Program-made: the position numbers and the translations under genes
The notes under the pieces: model-generated
What the model was told of the DNA's origin: nothing
What the model saw: the letters and a program-made list of their open reading frames with translations, nothing else
Databases searched by the model: none
In this document: one piece after another, positions 1 to 9,684 of the stretch
Numbering within the stretch: position 1 is the first letter of the stretch
Layout: each line of letters begins with the position of its first letter
Virus record (IMG/VR): IMGVR_UViG_3300021364_000011
Length of the DNA stretch: 20,000 nt
Source of the DNA: an uncultured virus (IMG/VR IMGVR_UViG_3300021364_000011)
Taxonomy: Duplodnaviria; Heunggongvirae; Uroviricota; Caudoviricetes
Reading direction: 5' to 3' (one strand)

Positions 1-467
1 ACGATTTTTCTAGCGACTTCTGCTTTTGTTAAACTTTCGTCAACTTCTTCTTCTGATAATTCACCAAAAGTTTTTTGAAGTTCCTCTTTAGTCATTTCCT
101 TCATGTTGTTGACGATAGCTTTGATGTTCTCCATTTTAGATGTTTCTTGAACATCTTTCTTAGAATCTTCTTCACCTTCTTTGATTTTTTCCATCTTTTC
201 AGGTTTGTCTGCACCTTTCTTCTGAGGGTCACCTTCATTTGAAGGTGCTTTTTCAGCAGCTTTTACTGATGCAACAGCTTTGTCAACAGGATTTTCTTCA
301 GGTTTGACGACATCACCTTTTCCGCTTTCGATTTTCTCAGCGTCAGATGACCCTTGTTTTACAGGCTTCTTGTCACCATCTTCAGCTTTAGCGTTAGGTT
401 GTTGACCTTCCTCTATAGCTTCAACTGTTTCTTCAACAGTTTCTTGGTTTTTTTCTAACTCTGCCAT
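1..467 (-). CDS. gp22: Prohead core scaffolding protein (T4 gp22-like), 5' part; runs off the window edge
   Basis: Not in the ORF track. I read ATG at 467 preceded by RBS ACAGGAG, giving MAELEKNQETVEETVEAIEEGQQPNAKAEDGDKKP..., an acidic/Lys-rich low-complexity protein. It lies directly after gp21, as in T4-like phages. Confidence 0.8.
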   Translation of the reverse strand, partial: MAELEKNQETVEETVEAIEEGQQPNAKAEDGDKKPVKQGSSDAEKIESGKGDVVKPEENPVDKAVASVKAAEKAPSNEGDPQKKGADKPEKMEKIKEGEEDSKKDVQETSKMENIKAIVNNMKEMTKEELQKTFGELSEEEVDESLTKAEVARKI

Positions 468-495
468 GTTTTTCTCCTGTTTGAGTTTACTTTTT

Positions 496-503
496 TATTT
501 ATA
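496..503 (-). promoter_or_regulatory. T4-type late promoter TATAAATA (for gp22)
   Basis: Exact TATAAATA on the minus strand in the gp21-gp22 intergenic gap. Confidence 0.85.
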
Positions 504-505
504 TG

Positions 506-1159
506 TTAGAGGTTCTCAACAAACCTCTTCCATTGGTTTAATTTGACTTCTTCCAACTTATTAGACTTAGCATTCCTAATTTCAGTCTGCATTTCGTCTA
601 CTTGTCTTGCAGTTAATAATCCGTTTTCATATACCCACTCTGTTCCTTCCATAATTCCGTTAACGAAAGCTTCAGGAGCAGAAGGGTCTGCAACGATATC
701 ACCTGCTGTTGCAAGTTGAAAATCATCTTTCACATATTGAGAACCACCTTTTTGTTCTAGTGAACCTAGACCTCTAGATGAAACTCCTAATTTAGCACCA
801 TCATCAATCAAATTTCTTACGATTTGACCATTGGGTGTGCTTAAAATCTTTGCACGTCCCACGTAATTATTCCCATCTTCTTCTAATTTGGTAATTAAGT
901 GTGACACTTTGTCAAGATTGATAGTTGGGCCGTCAGGGTGTCCTAACTCACCAAATGCTCTATCTTTCTCAACGAATTCTTTTACATAACGTTTTACCTC
1001 TTTTTGCATTACTTCTTTAGGGTAAACACGTCCATTTCTGTTCTTTATTTCAGACTGCATGAAGATACCTTCAATAAAGTATTCTTTTTGTCCTTTTTCG
1101 TTCTCCTCTACAATAATTGGAGAAACACTATAGTCATTAAACTCTGATATTAATTTCAT
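506..1159 (-). CDS. gp21: Prohead protease (T4 gp21)
   Basis: Motifs IEGIFMQSEIKNRNGRVYP, GELGHP and GVSSRGLGSL (catalytic His and Ser), DIVADPSAPEAFV; synteny. Confidence 0.97.
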   Translation of the reverse strand: MKLISEFNDYSVSPIIVEENEKGQKEYFIEGIFMQSEIKNRNGRVYPKEVMQKEVKRYVKEFVEKDRAFGELGHPDGPTINLDKVSHLITKLEEDGNNYVGRAKILSTPNGQIVRNLIDDGAKLGVSSRGLGSLEQKGGSQYVKDDFQLATAGDIVADPSAPEAFVNGIMEGTEWVYENGLLTARQVDEMQTEIRNAKSNKLEEVKLNQWKRFVENL

Positions 1160-1442
1160 TGAAAATTTCCTCTATGTCTATGTTTTCTTCTTCTGACATT
1201 TGTTTTATGACTTCTTTCATTCCTTTCATTTCTTTCTCTGCAGTCTTTAAGTCTTTATATGTTGCACCACCGAAGTCTTGTCCATCTACATATACATGAA
1301 CCTTACCTCTGTATTCAGTGTAAGAGATATTAATCTTCTTACCACCAATCTTTACAACATCAGTCTTCAGGTCTTTATGACCACGTGGCAATTTAAATTT
1401 TGCCTCACGTAATTCGACCTGAATGTCTGCAAAGGATTTCAT
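1137..1442 (-). CDS. Hypothetical protein in the gp67/gp68 prohead-core position
   Basis: 101-aa ORF whose start overlaps the upstream stop at 1442 and whose end overlaps gp21 by 23 nt. Positional inference only; no motif recognised. Confidence 0.55.
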   Translation of the reverse strand: MKSFADIQVELREAKFKLPRGHKDLKTDVVKIGGKKINISYTEYRGKVHVYVDGQDFGGATYKDLKTAEKEMKGMKEVIKQMSEEENIDIEEIFNEINIRV

Positions 1443-1627
1443 TACTCGGCTTCACCTGTTGGTTCTTCTTGAGTTTTATTCATCCAATCTACTTGCATTT
1501 CAACTCTTTTCATATCGATTGTTTCTGCAGCTTTCTGTTTGATTCCGTCAAAGACTTGGTCTTTTGCAGTATCTAACTTACCTGCTTCGATTGAGTTTAC
1601 TATCTCTTTTGCTATTTCACTACTCAT
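1442..1627 (-). CDS. gp67: Small prohead core protein (gp67-like)
   Basis: 61 aa directly after the portal gene. The helical pattern IVNSIEAGKLDTAKDQVFDGIKQKAAETID plus acidic tail resembles T4 gp67. Confidence 0.6.
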   Translation of the reverse strand: MSSEIAKEIVNSIEAGKLDTAKDQVFDGIKQKAAETIDMKRVEMQVDWMNKTQEEPTGEAE

Positions 1628-1630
1628 TTA

Positions 1631-3166
1631 TTAAAATCCTCCGAAGTCATCTTCACTTCCTTCATCTGATTCAGACCCACCTTCATCGGTAATCTGTTTA
1701 TCAATTAATTTAATGTCTTCTTCTGATTGTCTTAACACATATTTTCTTACCCATTCTTTTGAGTAATATTGTCCGACATAATCAGAAATATTTGAGAGAG
1801 TATCTAATCTCTCCCTCATGATTTCTGCATCTTTCAACTCTGTAAAGTGGTTGTCTGTTGCATAATCATATTGAATGAAGTCTTTGATTTTATCAAACTC
1901 TTCACCACTTACGATTTCCTTAAGAACTAATTGAGTCTTAAGAATATCTGTAAAAACTCTTGCAAACTTCTTTTGAAGTCTGTTTGTGAACTTATTAAAT
2001 TTAAGTTCGTCTCTAGAAATTTCAGACGCACGACCCATATTGAATCCATTGTCTGCTTCCATTCTAGTCGCAGGAACATTTAATGACTGATATAATTTCT
2101 TCTTGAAGTATTCTATATCGTCTATATCTGCAAGGTTTTGTCCACCAGGCAGGGTAGTAATCTCTGTTCCTCTACCACCTTCTCTTCTAGGCAACCAAAA
2201 ATCTTCTAACATACTCATATGTTTTCTATCATCTTTGATTTCACCTGTATCTGCATTGTAGACTAACTTGTTCTTGTATCGGTTCATAACGTCTGCAAGA
2301 TACTGTTCTGCCTTTGCTTTTGGAAGGTTTCCTACGTCAATGTAGAAAATTCTTCTCTCGGGTGCTCTTGAAATCCTATAGATAACAAGTGCATCTTCCA
2401 TCATTGATAACTGATTTGCAGTCTTCAATGCTTTATGCAAATATCCGATTACAACATTTTTAGTGTAATCTAACAAACCCGAAGTTGTGTATGTCACAGC
2501 TTCAGGTGCAATTTTGACTGTAGTCCCTTCTGAGGCACCACTTTTATCAAAACCTTTATCATTGAAAAGATAAAACTCTTCAATTTTCTTAATTCTGTCG
2601 ACCTTTGTCTTAGGGTCTTTCTGTTTTTCTATGTTTCTGACCTTCTTAATCTTAATCGGGTCAACATTTCTTAGGTCTACAATACCTAATTTTGGTCGTG
2701 ACGAATCAACGACCTTATGGAAGTAAATTCTTCCGTCTACATACCACTTTCTGAATAATTCATGAGAGTTCTGATTGAACTTCATTATAGATAAGATGTG
2801 ATTAAACTCTTCTTGTATCTTATTTTTGATACTGTCAGAGAGCTTTACATCTCTGAGGTCGAGTGATACTATCTTATCTGAAGTGTCAGAAGTGATACAC
2901 TCATTAACTATATCTTCGATTGCCGAATCACACTCGGGAACCAAAGAGGTTTCGCGGTATCTTCGAATGAGTTCTGCCTCATTCTTGATACCACCTTCCA
3001 TATCGACATACGACCCATAGGCTGCACCTGATATGAAACCACTTTGTTGTTCAATGACGGGGGTTCCGTCATCGTCAACGGGTGGCACAAAGGACTTTTG
3101 GTTCTTGTCCTCCGTTGCTCTTAATTCTTCCCTTTTACGGGATATTTCAAACCCAAATAATTCCAT
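1631..3166 (-). CDS. gp20: Portal vertex protein (T4 gp20)
   Basis: Motifs MELFGF, FRKWYVDGRIYFHK, YRISRAPERRIFYIDVGNLP, EDFWLPRREGGRGTEITTLPGG, EISRDELKF. Confidence 0.98.
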   Translation of the reverse strand: MELFGFEISRKREELRATEDKNQKSFVPPVDDDGTPVIEQQSGFISGAAYGSYVDMEGGIKNEAELIRRYRETSLVPECDSAIEDIVNECITSDTSDKIVSLDLRDVKLSDSIKNKIQEEFNHILSIMKFNQNSHELFRKWYVDGRIYFHKVVDSSRPKLGIVDLRNVDPIKIKKVRNIEKQKDPKTKVDRIKKIEEFYLFNDKGFDKSGASEGTTVKIAPEAVTYTTSGLLDYTKNVVIGYLHKALKTANQLSMMEDALVIYRISRAPERRIFYIDVGNLPKAKAEQYLADVMNRYKNKLVYNADTGEIKDDRKHMSMLEDFWLPRREGGRGTEITTLPGGQNLADIDDIEYFKKKLYQSLNVPATRMEADNGFNMGRASEISRDELKFNKFTNRLQKKFARVFTDILKTQLVLKEIVSGEEFDKIKDFIQYDYATDNHFTELKDAEIMRERLDTLSNISDYVGQYYSKEWVRKYVLRQSEEDIKLIDKQITDEGGSESDEGSEDDFGGF

Positions 3167-3171
3167 ACTAA

Positions 3172-3179
3172 TATTTATA
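3172..3179 (-). promoter_or_regulatory. Late promoter TATAAATA (for gp20; only 5 nt before the ATG)
   Basis: Minus strand reads TATAAATA-TTAGT-ATG. Confidence 0.8.
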
Positions 3180-3209
3180 CTCCCTTTTTAGGGGGTATGT
3201 CACTTTGAT

Positions 3210-3707
3210 TTAAAGGACTCTTTCCCAGTGAGAAAAAGTAAAGTCAACTGTAAATTCCTCTAGTGCATCAACTGTATCGTATGATAATTCGATTGCACCT
3301 ATTGCTTTAGGGAACATGTTGAAAAACTCGTATCTCGCAAGGACTGAGTCATCTTTGTTAAGTTGTTCTACGAACGCTCTAGAAATAAGATAGTCTGTAG
3401 AGGTTGAACCTTCACCACTATCTAAGGCTTGAATTTCTTCTTGCCATGCTTCTAGACCACTTCTAACTGAAAACTCAACATCATTGATTACTGTAATCTG
3501 CCAATCATCAAATGTTCTTTCTCCAGCAAGTTTAAGGTTATGTCCTCTGAAAGGAACAATAACTTCTCCTAAAGTTCCTGCTGGGATATTAGCAGCTTTG
3601 CACAAGAATTCAATTTTGTTTCCAGCTCTTGGAATGAAAACTTTAAATCTGTTGGCTCTTGGGCCTCCACCTATAAGTTGTGCTTTAAATTGGTCTATAC
3701 TTGCCAT
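3210..3707 (-). CDS. gp19: Tail tube protein (T4 gp19)
   Basis: Motifs GGGPRANRF, FLCKAANIP, FRGHNLKLAGERTFDDWQITVIND, IELSYD..EEFTVDF; RBS AAGGAG; follows the sheath gene. Confidence 0.96.
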   Translation of the reverse strand: MASIDQFKAQLIGGGPRANRFKVFIPRAGNKIEFLCKAANIPAGTLGEVIVPFRGHNLKLAGERTFDDWQITVINDVEFSVRSGLEAWQEEIQALDSGEGSTSTDYLISRAFVEQLNKDDSVLARYEFFNMFPKAIGAIELSYDTVDALEEFTVDFTFSHWERVL

Positions 3708-3717
3708 TTAGTTCTCC

Positions 3718-5706
3718 TTAAACTGCACTGTAAATCTCTTCAAAGTCGACACCACTTCTGGCAGCAACAAAGTTGAGAGTTATAAAGTTAATACTTCTAG
3801 CAGGTTTCACAAAGATAGAACAAACGAATTCGTTTCTATCTATTACAGTATCAGTGTTGTTTGTTTCGTCACATAATACTGAAAAATCTACTAATCCACG
3901 TCTATTCTTAACATCTCTTAAGAAAGGTTCTACTGCAGCTCTAAATTGCGCTCTTGTGAATGCATCATTGAATTCAAAGAGTTGTGATTTAGCAGCTGTT
4001 GCGATTGCTTTTTCAAGAACAATGAATAACCTTCTGACATTGATTCTATCGAATGCTGAAGGTGATGATAAAGCTGTTTTATCACCGAATAATACTGTTC
4101 CTTGACCTGCGAATGTGCATACTGGGTTAATTCTTGCACGATATAAGTCATCTCTTGATGATTGTGAAGGATTAAATGCAAGTTTAGTAATACCTAAGTA
4201 TTGACCTCTTGAGAAACCAGCTGGTGAGAACCATGGGTCTCTTAATAAGTCTGACCTTGCCATTATCCCTGATGTATGTCCGTTAGCAGGAACATAACAG
4301 TATTTGTCGTTGTATCTGTCGTATGAATATACCCAACCACTGTCTAACACTGCATATGAGGAAGAAGTGACTGAAGCAAAATCAGCAATAACATTTGAAG
4401 ATTGTGTTGATTCACTTGAAACACCTACGACACTTGCACGTCTTGGTGAAGCAATAACCATACAATCTTTTCTATTTTCTGCGATTTGAATGATATTATT
4501 TACGATAGAATTATGGTCTGCAAGAATATCTTGTGAATTTCCTGAACCATCATCTGTTCTTGTAGAACCTACGATTAAGAATGAAACGTCTACTGTCTCT
4601 GCATCACCGAAATGGTCTGTATATGCACCATGTTTCTGTCCAGCAGTTGGGATTCTTCCGTCAACACCACCACCTAGTGATACGTTGATTACTGCAGAAG
4701 GTCTTCCGAAAGCTGTTGTTGCAGATGTTAAATGTGTTCTTTCTTCGTTTGCACTAGTCAATAAGTCGGTTGAGTGACCTGACCAGTAAACGTATTCTGA
4801 TTCTCTTGCAATTACATTTTTGTAGTAGTTAGATTGTCCTTGACTATCTTTACTATCTGAAGCAAGAGATACGAAACCATAAGTTTCTAAAATTGTGTTC
4901 TGAACTCCTGAGAACAGTCCGTCTTCGTCTGATATTACTACGTGAAGTTCATCATCTGAACCTCCAGCAGCTGTTGCTGTTCCTGACTTAGCAGGTGCTT
5001 TATCAAAAGAGTTATAAAACTCCCAATATCTATCTACGTTTGCACCTGAAGCTACAGTTGCAGTTAGACCTGTTCCAGCAGGTTGACCGATTGCTTCGAC
5101 TACGATTGAAGTTCCATCGGGAATTGAAGTCACTCTATATTCTGTATTGTGACCTGCGAATTTAACGATATCTCTTACAAACATACCTGAAGAATCATTT
5201 ACTGAGATAGTTGTTTGTCCAACTGATTCTTGTCCCGAAAGTGTAGTCACTGCATCGTTAAAATATGCATCTGATGACGCACATACTGAAACTTTTAGTG
5301 AATTACCTAATGAACCCGCGTATTTTGCAACCCAATTACCAACTGTTCCGTTTTGTGAACCATTTTGGTAAGTAGATACATACTCGTCATTATTCTTTAG
5401 TAATGCAGTTCCACTTGATGCGTTTGCATTGTTTAACCCAGTTGAGTTAATTCTTACGACCCTTAGTGAAGAACCATATTTAAGGAATGCTTCTGCTGAA
5501 TAGAAGTCTTCTGCTCCAGCATCAGTATTAGCTGGTTGATAGAAATTATCGACTAAACCCTTTGCATCTGAAACTGTTATAACTTCATCAACAGGGCCCC
5601 ATTGGAATTGTCCAGCAAATGCACCTGTAGTCGATGAAACGGCTGGAACAACATTTGTCAGGTCTATCTCTTTTACCTGAACGCCTGGTGATACTTGAAA
5701 TGCCAT
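3718..5706 (-). CDS. gp18: Contractile tail sheath protein (T4 gp18)
   Basis: Motifs SPGVQVKEIDLT, GQFQWGP, PWFSPAGFSRG, FGDKT, FDRINVRRLF, KPARSINFITLNF; RBS CAGGAG. Confidence 0.98.
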   Translation of the reverse strand: MAFQVSPGVQVKEIDLTNVVPAVSSTTGAFAGQFQWGPVDEVITVSDAKGLVDNFYQPANTDAGAEDFYSAEAFLKYGSSLRVVRINSTGLNNANASSGTALLKNNDEYVSTYQNGSQNGTVGNWVAKYAGSLGNSLKVSVCASSDAYFNDAVTTLSGQESVGQTTISVNDSSGMFVRDIVKFAGHNTEYRVTSIPDGTSIVVEAIGQPAGTGLTATVASGANVDRYWEFYNSFDKAPAKSGTATAAGGSDDELHVVISDEDGLFSGVQNTILETYGFVSLASDSKDSQGQSNYYKNVIARESEYVYWSGHSTDLLTSANEERTHLTSATTAFGRPSAVINVSLGGGVDGRIPTAGQKHGAYTDHFGDAETVDVSFLIVGSTRTDDGSGNSQDILADHNSIVNNIIQIAENRKDCMVIASPRRASVVGVSSESTQSSNVIADFASVTSSSYAVLDSGWVYSYDRYNDKYCYVPANGHTSGIMARSDLLRDPWFSPAGFSRGQYLGITKLAFNPSQSSRDDLYRARINPVCTFAGQGTVLFGDKTALSSPSAFDRINVRRLFIVLEKAIATAAKSQLFEFNDAFTRAQFRAAVEPFLRDVKNRRGLVDFSVLCDETNNTDTVIDRNEFVCSIFVKPARSINFITLNFVAARSGVDFEEIYSAV

Positions 5707-5744
5707 ACTTTTACTCCTGTTGTATTAAAAGTTGTTTACTGTTT

Positions 5745-5752
5745 TATTTATA
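5745..5752 (-). promoter_or_regulatory. Late promoter TATAAATA (for gp18-gp19)
   Basis: Exact motif in the gp17-gp18 intergenic gap. Confidence 0.85.
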
Positions 5753-5772
5753 ACTTTATAAAACTCAACAAA

Positions 5773-7374
5773 CTATAATTTTAATGGAACGTCCATTGTT
5801 TTGTGATACCATCTATCCCCCTCACTATCTACAAAGGATTCTTGTTGATTTCCTCCGTCAAAAACCCCTGGCGGCAGTAAGTCGTCTTCGATTAGTTTCT
5901 GTTGTTCTGAATACAATAAGTCTTTGACTGCTGTATCCGTTAAATGAACAAAATACTCAGTTGTCACAAACCAACTGAATAACACTAAATTCATGACCAT
6001 ATCGTCATTATATCCTCTATCTGCTTCCCAACTATTACCTTTATGCACAAAAGTCATTAATTCCGTAATAGTATATCGGTCATTCAGAACAAGTCTATTT
6101 TCTTCTAATAATTCTTTCAGTGTAGAACAACCGATACGTTTAATCTTTCGAGACATAGTCACTCCTATGTCCTCCGCCTTTAATTGTCCTTGAACAAAAA
6201 CATTCGGATATTCGATATCATAATGTAGTTGATTTGCAACTGTTCCACCTTCTGCATTATTTTCAATGATAACAACTGGTTCATTGTAATGTCTTACGTA
6301 TTTATTTATAATATCAGGAAAGAGAAGAGGTGACACCATATTATCTCTATATGTGCATACTTGTTTAAATGGACTTGTTGTCACGTCTATAATAGTGAAT
6401 GTAGAGTAATCCATACCCCTTCCTTTTGATACGTCTACAGTGCAAACGTATCTATGTCCTTCTTTTGGTTTTTCATATAGAAATAGATTGTCTCTATTCC
6501 ATTCAGGGTCTATTGCTCTCATACCAAGTAGTGTATTACTGTTGATAAGTGTATTACCAGTTCCTAAGAATGAATTACCATATTCTTGTTCAAATTGTGC
6601 TTCTGAAGTGTTTGCAATGGTTTCTTTCTTCCATTCTTCATCTCTGCCAGGCACGTCAAACCAGTTAATAAGAAATGATTTGTATTCTGATTGTTCATGA
6701 ACTGCAGACTCATATATCTTGTGGAACATATTACCCACACCATTTGCAGTAGAAGTAATAATAACCTTTGAATCTTTACCTGAGGTCACCACGGGATATG
6801 TTGCAGTATAGAACGTCTCTGCATCGTCCACAAAGGCAAACTCGTCAAGATACAATAAATTGATTGACATACCACGAATCGAACTTGAAGAAGTTGCAGC
6901 TGCGACAACTTTACTATCATTACTAAATTCTATTGACCCTTTGTTTAGAATCTTAACACCAGGCTGTAAAAAGAATGGAACAGACTCTAACATGGTCACG
7001 ATACGTGCAATCATTTCTCTTGCAATTGCACCTTTGTTAGCAAGAACTGCTACAGTGACTTCGGGTTTAAATAGTAGGAACCACAATAGATATGCACAAG
7101 AAGTGATTGATTTACCACTCTGTCTACTTGCAAGAACAACACTAAATCGGTTTTCGTCATAGTGATTGATTAGATTTTCTTGGTATCCACGAAGGGTAAA
7201 GGGAACCATACCTTCGTCTAGTGATATGATTTGTGTATAATTTTCAATGAAGTGTGTAGGATTTTCAGAACACTTCAAGTATTCTGCCATTTCTTTATCG
7301 GTGTATTTTGTTTCTACACCAGCTCTCTTGATTAGATTATTACCAAGATATCCGTCATTCTTAGAATCAGTCAT
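5773..7374 (-). CDS. gp17: Terminase large subunit (T4 gp17)
   Basis: Walker A SRQSGKS, Walker B LLYLDEFAFV, ITSTANG, nuclease motifs TVDVSKGRGMDYS and DDMVM; uninterrupted ORF. Confidence 0.98.
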   Translation of the reverse strand: MTDSKNDGYLGNNLIKRAGVETKYTDKEMAEYLKCSENPTHFIENYTQIISLDEGMVPFTLRGYQENLINHYDENRFSVVLASRQSGKSITSCAYLLWFLLFKPEVTVAVLANKGAIAREMIARIVTMLESVPFFLQPGVKILNKGSIEFSNDSKVVAAATSSSSIRGMSINLLYLDEFAFVDDAETFYTATYPVVTSGKDSKVIITSTANGVGNMFHKIYESAVHEQSEYKSFLINWFDVPGRDEEWKKETIANTSEAQFEQEYGNSFLGTGNTLINSNTLLGMRAIDPEWNRDNLFLYEKPKEGHRYVCTVDVSKGRGMDYSTFTIIDVTTSPFKQVCTYRDNMVSPLLFPDIINKYVRHYNEPVVIIENNAEGGTVANQLHYDIEYPNVFVQGQLKAEDIGVTMSRKIKRIGCSTLKELLEENRLVLNDRYTITELMTFVHKGNSWEADRGYNDDMVMNLVLFSWFVTTEYFVHLTDTAVKDLLYSEQQKLIEDDLLPPGVFDGGNQQESFVDSEGDRWYHKTMDVPLKL

Positions 7375-7777
7375 CTTTTTTCTTTTCTTTCTTCAAAAAC
7401 TTTTGTAGTTCTGAAGTAGAACCAACGTATAGGTGATTTTCAACTTTACCTATTCTTTGTTCGTCTTCCTTTTCTAAATCTTTTAATTTCTTTTGAACGT
7501 CTATGAGTTTTTCTGCAGTATCGGCTACAGTCTTAATAAGTTGTCCTGCGACTTCATATGCACGTGGGTGTTCGGTTTCTTTGGAAAGTTCTAATATACC
7601 TTCGATTGCATCTTGACCACGTTCTACGAGGTTATAGAGGTTCTCTCTTGCATATTTGTAGTCTGTATCGATATTCTCTATCCTTGACGGGACTTTGACT
7701 ACCTTGACTTCTTTTTTGATTTCAGTGTTGATATCTAATAAAGAATCTAACTTTTCATCTACTGTTTCTTTTGTCAT
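7367..7777 (-). CDS. gp16: Terminase small subunit (T4 gp16)
   Basis: Motifs DYKYARENLY, HPRAYEVAGQLIK, YVGSTSELQK; overlaps the gp17 start. Confidence 0.95.
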   Translation of the reverse strand: MTKETVDEKLDSLLDINTEIKKEVKVVKVPSRIENIDTDYKYARENLYNLVERGQDAIEGILELSKETEHPRAYEVAGQLIKTVADTAEKLIDVQKKLKDLEKEDEQRIGKVENHLYVGSTSELQKFLKKEKKKDD

Positions 7778-7779
7778 AA

Positions 7780-8823
7780 TTAACTGTCATCGGTTTCACT
7801 GAATGATTCTTTAGAACCATCGTCATAAAATGTCACTGTTTCTGCAACTACGAAAGTATCACTTGGTTCTACTGAACCTACAAATTTAAGTTTAGTGTTC
7901 TCTCCTAGTGTCACAGCAGAACTTAAATCTATTGATAATCTATCACTTGCAATAGAGGAAACTGTTGGATTTGGTGTTAAATTCGTTCCAAAGACCTCAT
8001 CTCCTACACTTATCTTACTATTTATTGCAGTTGCAAAAGGAACTGTTGCAGTGCTAGTCACTGCAGTAGAACTAGTTTCTGCAAAAGCAGGTTCATAATG
8101 TTTAACTTCTTTGACCAATCCACTCTCATTAATTTGTGAAGTTGTGAATTGACCTGAGATATCAGTATTGATATATTCTCTTTCGACAACGTTTTTGATA
8201 ACTGTTCCAGTATAAACAGGGCCGAAGAAATAAATTTTCATAGTAAATTCAAGTGTATATTCTATTACACGTCTTTCTTCAAAACTTCCTTCGTATGTAT
8301 CTTCCAAACCTACAGAATTTAATGTGATTGGAACGTCCCTAACGTCTGACATATCGTCAATCATTTTCATTGTGACTGTATATTCAGGTTGGAAATATGG
8401 TAAAATTTGTTCTACAATCTGTAATGCATCAGACATATTCTTTGCAAGAACACTTAGTGTAAAGTTTAGATTGTATGGTGCTGGGTTATATTGATACCCA
8501 CGATTTACTCCGTCTGTTTCTAAACTTGATTTAGAATGACGTATTAATTTGTTCTGTTGTCTAGTTGCATCATACTCAAACCCCGTTAATTCGAATGCCA
8601 TTCTTGGAAGGTTGATTGAGGTGACGTTTAAATCCCTTTCTTTTGCATCTTCTGTAAGTCTTGCAAGGAACTTTTGTTTAGGGCCGTATGAAATGGGAAC
8701 GAGTTGTTGTGATAAAACTGTTCCGTCTTCTTTAATCTTTTTACAATAGATATTATTGAACAGTGTTCCAAATATCGATACAGACCTTTTTATGGTTTCG
8801 TGATAAAAATGAGTTCCAAACAT
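7780..8823 (-). CDS. gp15: Tail sheath stabiliser/completion protein (T4 gp15)
   Basis: Motifs MFGTHFYHETI, FGTLFNNI, VPISYGPKQKF, LPRMAFE, QIVEQILPYFQP. Confidence 0.95.
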   Translation of the reverse strand: MFGTHFYHETIKRSVSIFGTLFNNIYCKKIKEDGTVLSQQLVPISYGPKQKFLARLTEDAKERDLNVTSINLPRMAFELTGFEYDATRQQNKLIRHSKSSLETDGVNRGYQYNPAPYNLNFTLSVLAKNMSDALQIVEQILPYFQPEYTVTMKMIDDMSDVRDVPITLNSVGLEDTYEGSFEERRVIEYTLEFTMKIYFFGPVYTGTVIKNVVEREYINTDISGQFTTSQINESGLVKEVKHYEPAFAETSSTAVTSTATVPFATAINSKISVGDEVFGTNLTPNPTVSSIASDRLSIDLSSAVTLGENTKLKFVGSVEPSDTFVVAETVTFYDDGSKESFSETDDS

Positions 8824-9680
8824 TAGGGTTCTCCAAACGGATTTGTTTCACTAAAGTCTAGATAATTATTATCCTTATCTTCGAAGTCTTTATTTTGTGC
8901 AACACTTCCTTCCATAGTCATTACGTCAACAATACTTGCAATCGTTCTTGTTGCACCCGAGGTTGCACCGACAAGTCTATCTCCTTGTGCAAGTGTTGTA
9001 GTGTTATCCTTAATAATGAGTTCTCTGTTTGAACCCCTGAAGTTTACAACCTCACCAACTACGACACTATTCAATGTGACGTTTTCATTTGCAACATAAC
9101 TTCCTGAATCACCTTCACCTTCTGTCATAGTCATAGAAATTGTGTATGCTCTATCTTGTTCAACCAAGTCTGCATCTGTTCCAGTATCGAAGTCTTCTCC
9201 ACCATATTCGAACAATGAACAACGCATTTTGAATACAAATAGTTTTCCTAACTGGAAGAATGGATTTTGGTCTTCTACGAATCTGATTTCAAACATAGAA
9301 CCTGAAAGTGGGAAGTAAATTAAATCCCCTTCATTTGGTCTAAGTGAAGTTGCAAGGTTTGAATCAAGTGATATAAATCTTTCCCATGTTCTCAATGATA
9401 TCACAAAGGTTGCTTCTTCATTGATTTGAACACCAAATTTAGACATGAGGTCACCCTCACCCTCGAATCCACCGCCTGGATTTTCTAAATACATTTCTAC
9501 AGAATATGCATCACCGAAACGTGATTGAACGTCTTCAGTTAGAATTGAGTCTTCTTCGATTATCTCCCTAGGAAGATAGAAGACATCATGACCATAGAAT
9601 CTTAACGACTCAACAACTAAATCTTCGTAAAGGTGTTGTTCAGTGTTGACTGCATGGTTAAAAAATACATTTGTAGGCAT
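8823..9680 (-). CDS. gp14: Neck protein (T4 gp14)
   Basis: Motifs EQHLYEDLVVESL..YGHDVFYLPRE, SKFG, RPNEGDLIYFPL, PFFQLGK, C-terminal DFSETNPFGE. Confidence 0.95.
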   Translation of the reverse strand: MPTNVFFNHAVNTEQHLYEDLVVESLRFYGHDVFYLPREIIEEDSILTEDVQSRFGDAYSVEMYLENPGGGFEGEGDLMSKFGVQINEEATFVISLRTWERFISLDSNLATSLRPNEGDLIYFPLSGSMFEIRFVEDQNPFFQLGKLFVFKMRCSLFEYGGEDFDTGTDADLVEQDRAYTISMTMTEGEGDSGSYVANENVTLNSVVVGEVVNFRGSNRELIIKDNTTTLAQGDRLVGATSGATRTIASIVDVMTMEGSVAQNKDFEDKDNNYLDFSETNPFGEP

Positions 9681-9684
9681 TCAA

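Noticed and set aside
3177..3198. Rho-independent terminator after gp19
   Set aside because: An inverted repeat exists (ATACCCCCT-AAAA-AGGGAGTAT on the minus strand), but it has a mismatch and no downstream U-tract; it is noted only as abutting the late promoter.
5773..7374. Intron or intein in the terminase (a common insertion site)
   Set aside because: The ORF is continuous, of normal length (533 aa), and has no Hint motifs.
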